Shown in pieces: positions 46,701-60,000 of a DNA stretch of 64,000 bases. Position numbers and translations under genes: made by a program. The stretch lies in contig CM060733.1 of the NCBI GenBank assembly GCA_030704615.1, positions 49,910,001-49,974,000 on the forward strand, in the 5' to 3' direction. This DNA comes from Takakia lepidozioides (lineage: Eukaryota; Plantae; Bryophyta). Position 1 is the stretch's first letter. Every line of letters begins with the position of its first letter. The notes beneath the pieces are model-generated. The model searched no databases. It had not been told where the DNA came from and saw only the letters and a list, made by a program, of their open reading frames with translations.

Positions 46701-49700
46701 TGGAGGAAAGGAAAAAACTGCTAGGTACAGAAATAGGAGAGCTAGCGTTGGCACCCCAGTCAGAGGTTAGAAATGACCCTCCAGAAAGTGGACCATCTCT
46801 TGGGCTTCCATCACCCAGTCGAAATGGGCCTGTAGGGGAAGGTCACCTCGAAGAAAAAGAAGGAACAGGACAAGAGGATGGTGAGTTGGTAGCAGCCGCA
46901 GCAGTAGTCTCTGATATTCACGGTAGCTTCCGGCAGTTAGAAGCTGGGAGTCTTGTCAAAGACCTCACCATGGCCTTGACGTCATTGCAGGTACAGGTGG
47001 TCCTTCTCTGGTTAAGTCTCAGACTTCATATGTTATTATCTTCGCACCAGCCTTTTCTAGAGAGCTTGTATGTTTGTGATTGACCCAGCAGTCTTGAACT
47101 TTCTAAGTGTCTGAATGCTACTTTTCTGATTAGCGTATGGGTTGTTGTGATGCTTTCCGCCCAATGTGTACTGGGGGAGAATGTACAGGACTCCCTGCCA
47201 TTTTGCAAGCCTTAGCTACAGCAAAGGGTTAGGGAGAAACATAAACACAGACAAAGCAGTGACTTAACTCTGTTGCTCTGCAGAACATACTGACAGCAAA
47301 TCCGGCAGTCACATCAGTCTTCTCCACAACGCAACAGCTTGCACCACTGTTTGGATGCCTTGTAGACACACGGCCTATGAGTGGAGAGGTACCCCAGTTA
47401 TGTCTGAATGTGCTTGCTCGCCTGACCACACATGCATCATGTGTGGAAGTCATGGTGGCTGATCGATCAGGCTTGCTTCTGCTGCTCCAGTTATTGCATT
47501 GTGCTCCTGCATGTAGGCCTGGGGCTTTGCAAGTTTTATATGCCCTAGCAAGTACATCAGAACTTGCTTGGGCAGTTGCCAAGCATGGGGGAGCTGTTTA
47601 CATTCTACAACTCCTTTTGCCTGTTCAAGGTTTGTCTTCGTCCAACAAACCCTGTTACATTAAAGTTGCAGCTTGATTCATGGTTGTGTATGTAGTGCTT
47701 GCTATCTGCACAAACTTGTATCATTCTTGGTACTTGATTCCTAGTTAAGTTGTATCTCTGTCAAGTGTGTGTATTAAGCTTGCAGGGATTTGGATCCTCC
47801 CTATCTATTATGGTTGCCTAAATTTCGTTCTTGCATAAAGACACCTTACTATAGTCTTTACAAGTGGATGGTAACAGTTGGAAGCAGACACCTATACAGT
47901 TGATGGACATAGCTATGCAGAAAAATGTTGAAAGTGGAGCCTACCTTTGATTCTATATAGGGAGTCTGCAAGAAGAAATGAAATCAAATCCATTTTTCCA
48001 AGGACAAGGAAGTGGCATATTTTCTTGCTTGTGCCAATAGAACCTGGGCTACTCGGAATCCAATGGGAAAACATTGCTCAGTAATATTAGTCCGTTTTCT
48101 TGGTAGCATCTGGGGACATTCATCCGATTGGAGACCACAATTGTCACGTGCATCTATACTGTATTGATTGCAGAAGAAGTGCCTCTCCATACAAGGGTGG
48201 CAGCAGCAGCCTTACTTGGGAAGCTCATGGGGCAACCAATGCATGGTCCAAGAGTAGCTATCACAATTGCACGGTTTTTCCCTGATGGCTTAGTTTCCGC
48301 TATTCGTGATGGGCCTGGTGATGCGGTTGTCATGGCCCTGGAACAGAGTACTGAAACCCCAGAGCTTGTATGGAGCCCGGCTATGGCTGCATCCCTGGGG
48401 GCACAGTTGACAACGATGGCTGTGGATCTATATCGGGAACAAACAAAAGGGCGCATGGTGGAGTGGGACCTTCCAGAGCATGCTTCCAGCCAAGCAGACA
48501 TGCGTGAGGAACCTCAGGTATCACTGCTGCTCCATCTCAATCTCTGCTAACCTTACACCTGGCATGTCGCTAGACCACCAAATCCAATGGTGGTTGTCTC
48601 CTCAATTGGGTGAGATGACTATGCTCTCATCCAATAGGGGGTGCACCCCATTCTTCTCTACGAAATGTAAGTACAATCTCTCCTCTCTAGCCACCACTTA
48701 TGGCACACCATATGCTATACATAACCATGATCACTTGTATAGCTCCCTTTGATCTGGAAATTAGATCCAATCATGCGTGGATACTTTCATTTGTATGGAG
48801 ATATATAATACCGAACAGTGACAAAGCCAATTCTGAATAAGGACCCTTCGGGTACAAGAGCCAAAGTTGCTTGCACTCAGGATTGGAGGAGGGAGAGACA
48901 CCCCATAGCTTGGGTCCTTTATCCCAGCTGGTCCAGTGAGCTTGGTCCGGGTTGGCCTTCCACTGTCGTCTCTGGCCTGCTGCCTTCTTGTCTTGCTTCC
49001 TCTCCTCTCAAGTAGGGTTTCCTTTTCTCAGAATGTGGCTCGTGACAACCCCCCCCTGGACTGTCTGAAGTTGGGGTGTTTTTTTGCCCTTGGGCCTGCC
49101 TGATCAGCTTTCCTTGACTTTCCAAAGTTGGTTCTCTTGTATTTGAGGTGTTGCTACGCAACACATAGAGTAGAAATTTAATAAGTCAGCGAAAGAGATT
49201 TGAGTTAAATGTGACGACTTATTGTGTCTCTTGGTGTTGCTCCAGGTTGGTGGTGTGTATGTGCGCTTGTTCTTAAAAAACCCCAAATTCCCTCTTCGGA
49301 ACCCGAAGCGATTTCTGGAAGGTTTGCTGGACCAGTATGTATCTGCTGCTGCTGCAACTCATGCCAGAAGTGGTCAGCCTGTAGACCCTGAACTCCCCTT
49401 GCTCCTGTCAGCAGCTCTTGTCTCCCTACTTCGCGTACAGCCAACACTAGCAGACCATGTGGCACATCTTGGCTACGTTCCGAAACTAGTGTCTGCCATG
49501 GCGAATGAGGGTCGGAGGGAGATGATGTCTTCTGGGGAACAAGTAGTAGTGACCGCTAGGAGGGCAGGGCGTGGAGTCGATGGTGCATGGGATCTGGAAG
49601 ATGGGGAAGGAATACCTGGCAGTCAAACCCCGCAAGAGCGAGTGCGGTTAAGTTGCTTAAGGGTGTTGCACCAGCTGGCAGCTAGTACTGCTTGTGCTGA

Positions 49701-51478
49701 GGCCATGGCCACACCTGGCTTGGGGTCTCAACAGGTAATGTTTGTCATGTGAACCTACGATTCTTTTCCTTGCAATTTCTCTTGCGGTCAAGGATCCCAA
49801 GTTATTTTTCTTATCCTCTGCTGATGACTTCACAGGTGGTGCCATTGTTAATGAAGGCCATTGGCTGGCAAGGAGGGAGTGTACTGGCGTTAGAGACCCT
49901 CAAAAGAGTCGTCGTTGCTGGGAATCGTGCTCGTGATGCTCTTGTTGCACAAGGGTTGAAGTTAGTTCTTCCTTGCTACCACTCTCTTTCATTCCAGTGT
50001 CTCTTTTCAGTCTTTCCTGCTCATTCTGTTACCACCCCTGCCAACACCCAATCATGTCTTGAAACTGAAGTCCTGTGAAAATCCACAAATATGGATGTGT
50101 ATATCTGTTTGCTAGCTCTGGAAAAAATGGGTTGTGGGATGATGAGGCTACCTCTAGAAGTAGTTCGAATGATAATCTCTGCTTGCAAAAAACTCTGGCT
50201 GAAGTTCAAAGGCGTCATGGGTGCAGAGTTGGGTTGGTACAAGTACTTCTTGGACTGCTGGACTGGCGTGCTGGTGGCAAGAACGGACTCTGTGCCCAGA
50301 TGAAATGGAATGAATCAGAGGCATCTGTTGGCCGAGTTCTTGCCGTGGAGGTTAGTTTGTCATGTATTTGATTGTGGCAGATACCATCACTTCAGTATAC
50401 ACCCTTCTCCTCTGTGTTGGTCCTCTTCCATTGGAATTTCCTTCCTTGTGTGGTCTCTGGTGTGCCAGTTTTTACGTAGGAACGTTTTACCCACGTGTCG
50501 GCTTTCTTTGTAGCTGGAGATTCTTGGTACTTATTTCTAGTTTCTAATGCTTGCAGGCGTCCTGGCCTCCTTGAAAGTTCCTCTGCTGACTACTTTCTAT
50601 TGTCGCTCTCCTTGATCCGGAATTCTTGTCTCATTGCATTTCGGGATGGCATGCCCTCACCTATTTCACACTCATGCCATTGGGTCTTAGTGTTGGGTCC
50701 ATGTGCAGTGGGTAGAAAATTTCTTAGTTGGATGGAAGCAAGTGCTTCTAAGAGTTTGGGTTTTTATCTTGGCTATTATTTGGTTAGTCGTCAAAGTCGT
50801 TTTCTTACGTGAGAAGCTGGGATGCAGGTTTTGCGGGCCTTTGCAGGGGAGGGTGCACACTCAGCAAAAGTCCAGGATATTCTGACTACATCTGATGTAT
50901 TTTCTCTCTCTAACTCTCACATACAACAGGCACACAACAGGGTTCCAAGTACACTTTCACAAAATATGGATGGCCAAAAGTACAGGAAGACTTGTGTCAA
51001 TCCTTTCCCCTATGCCCCTCTTCCCTCTTCACCCTATCCAAAGGGGCCACCCTTGTGGACAGAATGGAAGTCTATTTGCAGTGTAGACTTATTTCGGAAG
51101 CAAAGTTTTCTGGTAGGTAGCCCCAGACAGCTTATGCCTCTGCAATAGAAGTTGACTATGAGCACCCAGACGGATTCGATTCCAATTGAGGGATAGCCTA
51201 AGTTCGCTTTAATATCATAATCTCTCTGACAGAATGCACTTATTGCTAATTGCTAACTGGGTTCCTTCATGCAGGTATGGAGTGCCTACAAAGACCAAAA
51301 GCATGATTTGTTTTTGCCTTCAAATGCGCAATCAGCAGCTGCAGGAGTGGCTGGTCTTATCGAGGGCTCCTCAGGTGGCGTCATGTATGCACTGCCTGCA
51401 CCTTCGTCACGGTCTGCCATGGTCAGGTTATCAGGACCAGCCAACAATTCTTCAGATGGTAGTCCTGGAAAACCATAG
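34722..51478 (+). CDS. GRV2: DnaJ homolog subfamily C GRV2 / RME-8 / DNAJC13 ortholog (multi-exon)
   Basis: Starts EEPEYLCRYLCTKHSWRGKYKRIL. Contains IWN repeats (LIWNERTR, IIWTHKMR, IIWNSATR, LVWSPAMA), a GYF-like EWHYINKDGVQVGP segment and a J-domain YHPDKNPEGREKF. Ends WSAYKDQKHDLFLP. About 20+ GT-AG exons. Confidence 0.95.
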
Positions 51479-52831
51479 GCACCCCCACTTCATATCATTT
51501 AAATTGTTTTCAAGTGCACATGTGCACATCTTTTCTATTTCCCTAGGGCCTTCTGAAGGGGTGGTCTACTCTGGCTGCTGCTGCTTACTATGGGAACAAT
51601 GCCAAACAAGCAGCAGAAAGATTTTTTGATTTTAAATTTGTGTTTGAGTTTCTGCAAAGGATATAGGCTCCTGGGTTACTGAAGCTTATTTCCTCCTTGG
51701 CGAATTGGACATTAACCATCCCTTGCAGTAGCTGTTGTAATGTAATCTGGTAGGTAACAGCTTGGGGTCACCGAGTTTTAGTGGGTGTACTCAGAGTCCT
51801 CAATTGAAAGTAATAAGGTCCATGAATAGTACAGGGTTCCAGCACTCTGAAGAAGATGCAGATGATGTGCTTGACCTGCATTTAGTGGATAGGTGGCAAC
51901 AGTCTCTAGGTTGGTAAGGTATGTTCCATGCACTGTATTCTTTTTTTAGGTCACTACTGTAACAGGATTGTATATTCGAGGCAGCTCTTCACTTTGCAGC
52001 ACTTTGTCATTTTTGGTGTTTGTGCCTCCAAGTTCCTTGCTGGTTCTGGCCCTCCGAACAATGCTCCCTTCTCTACAACCATCTGCAGCATCTGTTAGAG
52101 CAACCAATTGTCAAACTACTTGGAGTTAGCAAAAGTGCCAGCCAAACCAGCATATGAAAGTTGGAAAGAGTTTCAAGAGTTTTCTTTCTCTTTCTCTTTG
52201 CAGACCTCAGCAGAATTGCTGCCGAGGGGTTCCTTTTTTATATCCCTTTGGAAGGCATTCAATGTGCCAGCCTCAATGGACCTGTATGTCACCCATCTTC
52301 GAAACTGTTAATTTGGAGCAAAGTAATTGAAGGAGGTTCTGCAAGGAAAGATGCAGAGATGTGAAAGGTGCAGTGGGCATTGGATCTAGACTGCTCCATT
52401 GACAACTAGATTGAATGTTGATGGCTCTAAGTCAGTAGCAGCAGCGCCACCACCACGAGGAATTTTGGTCAAAAATTATATGCAATGGAGTTGCGAGTCA
52501 GAGGCACAGAAACACCAAATCTCACTCTATGGTAATGCACAGAAATAATTGGAGTGTCTTATTCAAGCTTCTTCACCAGAAACATTCTTTCAGATCAAGC
52601 AACCCCTAAACGTTCTTTGCTGCCCAAATTACAGCGATGTGAATAGTAAATGTTTTGCTTTCCAAATATCCTGCAAACCAAGTCCTAAAGTTGACAGAAT
52701 GGGGGAACTATGGGGTCAACAGAGATGGGGATCAACAGAGATGTTCTTGGCTCTGGTACGTATAGGGACCGTGAAACATTCACTGAACTCATGAACTCGC
52801 AGTGACTGGCCGAGAGAATCTGGTGGCGCCT

Positions 52832-53854
52832 TTACCTCCTCTTGAAGGGACTCCATGTAAGCTGCGTAGCAATCATCACTACTAAACACCCAAGCCAGGA
52901 GACCCGCCCGCCAGCAACTTCTTGAAGCTTAACCACCCAATCTGCCTGAGATTTCGTCGTCCCAATAACTAACACTGCAATCAGAGACACTGCCAGAAGA
53001 AATCGCCCCACCATACTCATCACAGACGCCTGCAAACAACAGCCACTTCCTGTCAGGGAAAGAGTTACAACAGTGCTAGTGCGTGTGATAATCGAGGGTG
53101 TGAGTGAGATGTACTCTTGACCACGCCCCCAGGGGGCAACCGATTGTTGGAAAGCTATCTTGATGTAACCGCACATTTTAATCTCGCTGGAGAGTAAAGT
53201 GCCGATTTCAGCCCTGCAACTGCACCCACTACCCGAACCACAGACGTCTGATCTTCCTCCAGTGTAGAAACTAGAGCAAGAGAGAGAAAGAGGACTCATT
53301 ATAACGTGCATGCTGTAGCCAGCGCCATAAGCAGTAGCCCCAAATTCGAAGCAGCAAATAGTAAAGGGAGGCATGATAACGAGAGAGACGAGCACCCGCG
53401 CTACCAGCAACCAAAATACCAACAAAAGTCATCTCAGAATCAACAAGATCCAATGTAACCCCAAATGTGAAACGTAAATGTGCCAAACCTCCCGAATCAT
53501 CATCTCCAGCATCACCATGGATCCAACACACCAAATAGAACCCCTGGAAGAAACCCAACACAAAATGAGCGGGGGAGCAGAGAATCTTCCAACCTTAGGC
53601 TCCCCATCGAACCGCAAAACCACGTTGGGCCTGCCGGAATACGCCACTACCGACAGCCCATTTCTAGGGTTGTACAAGAGCTTCTGCCCACGCCCTGATG
53701 TAGCCGAGTACGCGTAGAGCGAGCGCAGTCTGTAGTTGCTCATTATGCTCTCCAGATCCACCCTGTTCAAATCCCATCCCTGCAACTCCGTCTGGAACTT
53801 GTGCAGCGGCCCCTTCCCCCTTATGTACAGCTCCACCCCCACGCTCTCCCCCAT
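52832..53854 (-). CDS. Small conserved plant membrane protein of unknown function (2 exons, ~152 aa)
   Basis: Exon 1 53854-53594 (VELYIRGKGP..F...LQGWD....L..I...Y.LRSLYAY...GRG....NPRNGLS...DGEPK) and exon 2 53029-52832 with two hydrophobic helices. GT-AG, phase 0. Confidence 0.75.
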
Positions 53855-54289
53855 CCCTCCTCTGCACCTCTCGCTCCAACCCCTTCACTATCAACTCACT
53901 TATATACTCTCACTGGTGTCTACTTTTATACTTGGAAAAAAAACTTCTTCCATCTTCCAAATGCACTTGACACTCTTTGTTGAAATTTCCTCTGCCATCT
54001 TTTTCCGTTACTGAAGATCAGGACTTTCTGGACAATGTGTGTGTGTGTGGTGAATGTGCCTTGTCCTTATTCAGAAGTACATATTGGATTGGGACACTGC
54101 CAGTCTCGCTGATCGCAATTGTGTTCTGGAGTTGGTGGTGGTGCAGGTTGAACTACATACAACATGCACTGGTGTCCAGGCTTTCACCACTTTGACGATG
54201 GGGTTTGTTCTTGTGGGGGTTACTGGTGAAACTATGTTTTTTCTGAAAAGGTGTTAGTGTTCATTCACTCATTGATCTTCATAGCTACT

Positions 54290-55740
54290 TAGTTCGTCCA
54301 CCATTTCCTGGATACAAAGTACTGTTGAGGGCATTGCGAATATCTGCACTTGACTGGAGCAGGTAATGAGTGCAGGTGGGATTTGGATTCTGGTGATAGT
54401 GGAAGGAAATCAGAGTGCTGTTCTAATTCTGGTGTGGATGGAGATGTTTGATAACAAACACATGAGTCGCAGCATCTGTTCATCCCGCCTTGAGAATAGA
54501 TGTTGCCGCACCTTCAGCCATCTCCATATTGCAAATGCATTCTGCAGGCACCAAGCAAGGCCCTCCACACTGCAGCATGTGGTTTCACTGGCATTTTGTT
54601 AATGAAGTCCTGCCTCATCCAATCGGCCCGCATGGACAAGAAGGTCCACCATGCAGCAAAGTGCTCCGCTGCTGGAGTGATGCCATCTTGACTCAGGGAG
54701 TCGAAGTGGTATCTGCCTTCATCCACTAGGCCAGTATGGCTACATGCAGAGACAACACATATAAAAGTGATACTGTCCAGCTTCAAGCCATCCACTTGCA
54801 TTTCTTCCAGTAGTTGCAGGGCCCGCCCATACATGTCCATCAGGGTATTGTCAGAATCACATCTGGTACAATTCCCGCTTTGATGATGTCACCATGGACC
54901 TCTTTGCCCTTTTTCCAGGGCTGCCAGGCTTGCGCACGCATTGCAAACACAAGCAAACGTGACCCGGTTGGGCTTCACCCTTCTCGCATCATTTGCTCAT
55001 AGGTCTCCAAAGCCTCCAGACCGCACCCATGCTGGGCATATCCTGCAATCATCGTGGTCCAAGATGCCACGTTTCATTCAGCCATATTGTCAAAAACTCC
55101 CTTCAAGCATCTTCCATGCTCCCACCTTTGGCATACATGTCCACCAGGATATTGTTCAGGATGACATCTGGTGCATTTCCAGTTTTGATGATGTAACCGT
55201 GCACCTCATTGCCCTTTTCCAGAGCTCAGGCACACACACACATTGCAAACGCAAGCGAATGTGACCTGGTTGGGCTTTACCCCTTCCCGCATCATTTGCT
55301 CATAGGTCTGGAAAGCCTCTATCCCGCACCCATGCTGTGCATATCCTACAAAAGTGCATTCCAGGACACCACATTTCATTCAGCCACCCAACAAGCCACA
55401 GTCTCAACCCTCCCAAGTACCTTGCAAACTCCACCTTGCACATCCTACTTTCATGCCATGCTAAGGAAGAACAACCTTCGATATTTCTCATACCAGAGTT
55501 CGGTGAAACTCCCTCAGACTCCTTCACATCGTACCTGAAGAAAGCTCACCTTGTCAACGCTGCAGCCCCACCGTTGTGAAGGATAAGTCCCTTCACTTGC
55601 TAGCTCAAGAGTAGTGCTCTCCTCAAGCTTAAGGTCGAAACCCCAACTCAAACATGTGCTCTACAAGTCCTTCACCTAAGTGGAAACCAGCCCTTACTCC
55701 TGCCAGCGCTGTTCCAGGCTCCAACGTTTTCGCCATGGCA
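54290..55740 (-). pseudogene. PLS-class PPR (E-type) pseudogene
   Basis: Fragments such as LVDMYAKGGSMEDA, DSITFICVVSACSHTGLVDEG and INKMPVKPHAAVWRALLGACRMH lie in several frames, with deletions and stops. Confidence 0.85.
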
Positions 55741-57234
55741 AACCATCCTATCTGCTTTATGGCTTCTTTGCCCGCAGAGTACATTAGTTTCTGCTGAATT
55801 GCTCAATAGAATACATCACAGCGACCCCAAGAAAGGAAACCGCAAAGTGTTTCGTGTCATCACCTAGTTTGACTGGCATCCCCGAAGGCTGGCGAGGCGC
55901 CATAGCAACCACAACCACATGCAAAGGACTCCGTCCTCTGCGCATTGCCAAGGGGGACGCCGCTTTCAGCTCCACACCCCCGCCCCGAAATCTGCTGCAT
56001 GCTACGAGGCGTCTCGCATGACCGAAACCATAGGGCAGGGCCTTCGATATGGAGTCGGCATTCGCGGTCGAAGGCGCTGCCATCCCCGGCTGTGCGTGCA
56101 AGCAACGATTGCAGCAGCAGGCTGCTCTGTCCACGGCAAACGATCATGCAGCTTCAACCATCCCGCATGCCTGTGAAGCAGTGTGAACCATCATTTGCTG
56201 CCCACATCTTTCACGTCTCATTCCTTCGCTGTCTTCAAAGGACGCATCTCGTCCCCCTCCTCCCGTGCTGCTGCCATCGCTGGAGGGTCATCGTCTACTC
56301 ACAGACAGAGAAAGCATGGACGGGACGCTCGCATCAACTGTACATACACCTAGAGTACACGCACGTGTGTAACGCTAGATTGCCATCGAGCCAGAGATGT
56401 GAAGGTCAACCTGTTTCCGTGGGTAAGTTAGAGCATCCTTTGACCGTTCACATCTGTACCGTCCACACGACCACATATGTAGAGAGATAGAAGAGAAGCA
56501 GAACCTTGAAGAGTGAGAGAGAGAGAGAGAGAAACTTTATTGCGTCCCCAAGGGCCCACGCCACGGCGAAAGATATGCATGAATGAGTATAAATGGAGGG
56601 ACTACTACAATAGTTCATTTCAGACTCAGCCAGAAACGAATATTGATTACGGGAGTATAAACCACACACTCGAAACATGGAGACTTCAATGTGAAAGTAA
56701 GTTCTTGATTGAGCTGCAGAAACCCTTCAAGTTGCACTCATGGACCATTTCCTCTGCCATCTTTTTTCATTACTGAAGATTTGACTACACTGCAAGACTG
56801 AGCTTAACTTCCATAAAAGTCAGCCTCTGCAAGCATCTGGAGAAATGCATGTCTATTCCCTTCACATACGATGGGATATTAAGCTACACCTTCTATCAAA
56901 CGTGGTGGCAGATAACAATCTCCAAGCGACATTACAAACCAACATCCACTTGTGCATCACAGCAGGTACCTGCCTGGATGACAATCTCCAAAAGTCACTG
57001 CCAACTGACTCCCTGCTACCTCTTTAAAGATTTGACCTGTCTAAACCTAAACACACAAATGGCTCTTGTTGAAGGTCAAAACTCAGAATGCCTGCAAACT
57101 ACCAGTCCTTGATATGAAATGTTGATCACTCATAGTCACATGTTTTCTGAGTAGTGCATTGATGAAGGCTGTGCAAAAACCATCATGAAGACATCATGCA
57201 GTTGATGCTAGAAGGCTAAACATGAACAGACCAT

Positions 57235-58185
57235 CTAATGGCTCACGACCAGAGAGACATATTCAGCAGTGATACGGCCCTTCAGCTTGGTGTTGATGAG
57301 GAAGTGCTGAGGGTGACGTCGTAGCAGAGCCACAAGCCCTGACCACGGCCGGCTGCTCCCTTTTCCGTCACCGTCAGCTTGGCCTCCATCGTCTGCCCCC
57401 CTCCGGACTTTGGGCAGGGTATGCCCATGGTAATGTGCAAGCAGCTCAGAGTGTAGCTTGGACATAGGCAACCACTCACCGGCTGCACAAAGATCTTGCA
57501 ATACAGCAGCTACAGCAGTGATCATCTCTCTCTCCTGGATTTCTTCCTGTAACATCTCGGATTCTGCCTCTCCTCCTCTCTGATGGTCAGAATGATGTGC
57601 ACGCCCCTGCACCGTGCTGCTTCCAGCTGCCATAATTGCCTCCCCATCCTGCATATTCCATGTTGATGAGGCCTTCTTCTCTTTGGCACCTCCACCTGCA
57701 TCAGTCTTGCCTTGCCCTCGCGATTTCTTGGAGGGCTGACTCGCTCCTTCACCAGCCCCACTCTTGCCTGACCCTTTCCCAGAACTTGCGGGCCTTTTTC
57801 GAGAGGGCCCTGGCGCCGGTGTAGAGACTGAAACCACAGCCCTCGCAATCTTTCTAGCTGGCAAAAGAAAATAGAACTTTTTGTCTCCTATTTGGAGCAG
57901 GTCCTGGGAATCCAGCTTGATGGGACCTTTCCCAGGAAAATGCAGTACCCCTTCCACATAGCAGCCATTCTTCCCTAGGACTTCAAGCACAAACCTGCGC
58001 CGCTCAAAGTCGTAGAAAATTCGAGCATGATGCCGCGAAATATGCATGCCGCCCCCCAGACCAGCCAGATCAACATCAACAGCCGATTTTGTACTGTTTC
58101 TTCCAAGCACGATTGAGTAGGTTTGCATATAGTACTCAAAATCTTCACCCTGCAGCTTCGCAAATCCCGCCTCTAAATCTGCCAT
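57235..58185 (-). CDS. FHA domain-containing protein (plant FHA1/FHA2-like), single-exon CDS
   Basis: DLEAGFAKLQGEDFEYYMQTYSIVLGRNS...HISRHHARIFYDF...LGKNGCYVEGVLH...LDSQDLLQIGDKKFYFLLP, with C-terminal GEWLPMSKLHSEL and RPWSGL. Confidence 0.93.
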   Translation of the reverse strand: MADLEAGFAKLQGEDFEYYMQTYSIVLGRNSTKSAVDVDLAGLGGGMHISRHHARIFYDFERRRFVLEVLGKNGCYVEGVLHFPGKGPIKLDSQDLLQIGDKKFYFLLPARKIARAVVSVSTPAPGPSRKRPASSGKGSGKSGAGEGASQPSKKSRGQGKTDAGGGAKEKKASSTWNMQDGEAIMAAGSSTVQGRAHHSDHQRGGEAESEMLQEEIQEREMITAVAAVLQDLCAAGEWLPMSKLHSELLAHYHGHTLPKVRRGADDGGQADGDGKGSSRPWSGLVALLRRHPQHFLINTKLKGRITAEYVSLVVSH

Positions 58186-59539
58186 GGTTGCCAGCGCTCC
58201 TTTTCAAAACTTATACCCTCACGTTCCAGTTTTCGCTTCCTGCTTCTTCCTCAAATTTGATGTCTGGACCGATTCCTGGATATCTATACACAAATTTCGT
58301 CATAGATCACATATTTTACACTGCTTAAGGTAACCTATTTACTCCATCTTCACCGATCTACACCGCCTCCTTCCACTCCATTTGGAGCTCGCCTACATCC
58401 CTTCCCCTTTCTTGAAATCCACTCCAGCCTCACAAAGCTTAACTGCCTCACAGATCAAAACCTGTCCACGCTTGTCCACCAGCGCAAACCCTCCCCCTCC
58501 ACGGCCATTTCCAAAATCCACACACCTTCCATGCTATCCTTCAAACTCTGCAAGCAAACAACAATCCAGAGCGGCCAAAACACGCACGCTCCCTCATCCT
58601 CATCCTTCCTGCCTTGGATCAGCCTGCACCTTCCGAGCTATTCTTCAAACATCTTCACAGCGATCTCCAGACCTGCTGCCGCTACTCCACACAAGTACAA
58701 GCGTCTCCCTTCAGCCTTGTTCAGTTCAACCTCTTCCTAATGTTTCTTGATCAATTCGGTAATAGCAAATCCACCACACTACCTGCGAGTCTCCTCATCT
58801 CTCCTTCAAAATTCTGCTCCACCATTCTCTGCGCGTGCTTCCCCGTTGATCCACACCGTTTTCTCTCTCCCGGAAACTGCCCGCCGGTACTTCCCCAACC
58901 CCACCACATTTGCTTCACCGGCCAGTTCTCCGACACCTCATCCAAAAAAAAAGCCAAATGAACAAACAAACAAATAAACGAATCCTCTAGCAAATGTTTT
59001 TCATCCATGTGAATGTTCATCGTCCTGCGTTAACAAACAAATCCTCTACTAAATGTTTTTCATCCATCATCGTCCTGCGTTAACAAACAAGCGGCTAGTC
59101 GCGTAATGGCTCCACCCTAATTACAAAATTGGAAGGCTAGCACTAGCGGTCCTCATTTATTTTTATTTTTAAAAAAATCAAATATTTAATATACAAATTT
59201 GGGCCGCAAAGGAGATTAGGGCATATGAGACTGAAAAAATCAAAGTGGAGAAGAAAAAAATTACCTAAACGCTGCTACACAGATAGGATGGGGCTCGAGC
59301 TGCAAACGAGCGAGATCGAAAGAGCCCAACACATAAGTTGAAAATGCAGAGCACGGAGTAAGAAAACGCAAAGCACCGAGAAAAAACTGCGCACAACGGC
59401 AAGTTCTTTAGAACCCCACCTTAAACCTAAATCTCTCTTGCGGCTCAGTAGCTTTGGGTTCAATTCCTACTACTTTGTCCTGTGTGTATAATTTTGAATA
59501 GTCTATAGTCTATTACAAATGGTTATTTATTTTGCTCAA

Positions 59540-60000
59540 GTATGGACTTCAGCCACTGAGTTCCGGACTTCAGTGGTTTTGGCCTTGAGTAATAATTTAT
59601 GTATTATTTCATTTAAAAACCTAAAATAAAAAAACTAAAATATTAGTTGAAATTTAAAATTGAACATAAGATCAAATTTCATCTAAATTTTTAAATTATA
59701 AAAGTATTTTATAAATTGTTTAAAAAAATAAGCTCAATGCCGGACTTCAGCCGCTCAAGTTTCGGACTTCAACTACTCAAGTTATGGACCTCAGCCGCTG
59801 AAGTTTTGGCCTTGAGTAATGAATTATATATCATTTCATTAAAAACCTAAAATAAAAAACTAAAATATTAGTTGAAATTTAAAATTAAACATAAGATCAA
59901 AATTCAATCTAAATTCTTAAGTTTTTTTTTCTAATAAAAGTGTTTTATAGTTTGTTTTAGAAAAAAAACTCAATGCCGGACTTCAGCTGTTAAAGTTTTG
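59540..60000. repeat. AT-rich ~230-bp tandem duplication with ggacttcag hairpin motifs
   Basis: ttttggccttgagtaat...aaaacctaaaataaaaa...ctcaatgccggacttcag occurs at ~59577-59760 and ~59804-59990. A third start (ttttgcccttgagtaat) appears at 61677, after the L1. Confidence 0.8.

Noticed and set aside
34722-51478. Numerous antisense and alternate-frame ORFs within GRV2
   Set aside because: They are shadows of coding exons or intron noise with no independent motifs.
55784-56490. 116-aa and 181-aa overlapping ORFs
   Set aside because: No recognisable family; GC-rich sequence gives ORFs on both strands, so a gene call cannot be supported.
53986-56780. ~33-bp similarity (tttcctctgccatctttt..ttactgaagat) at 53986 and 56748
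   Set aside because: Too short and isolated to define an element or TSD with confidence.
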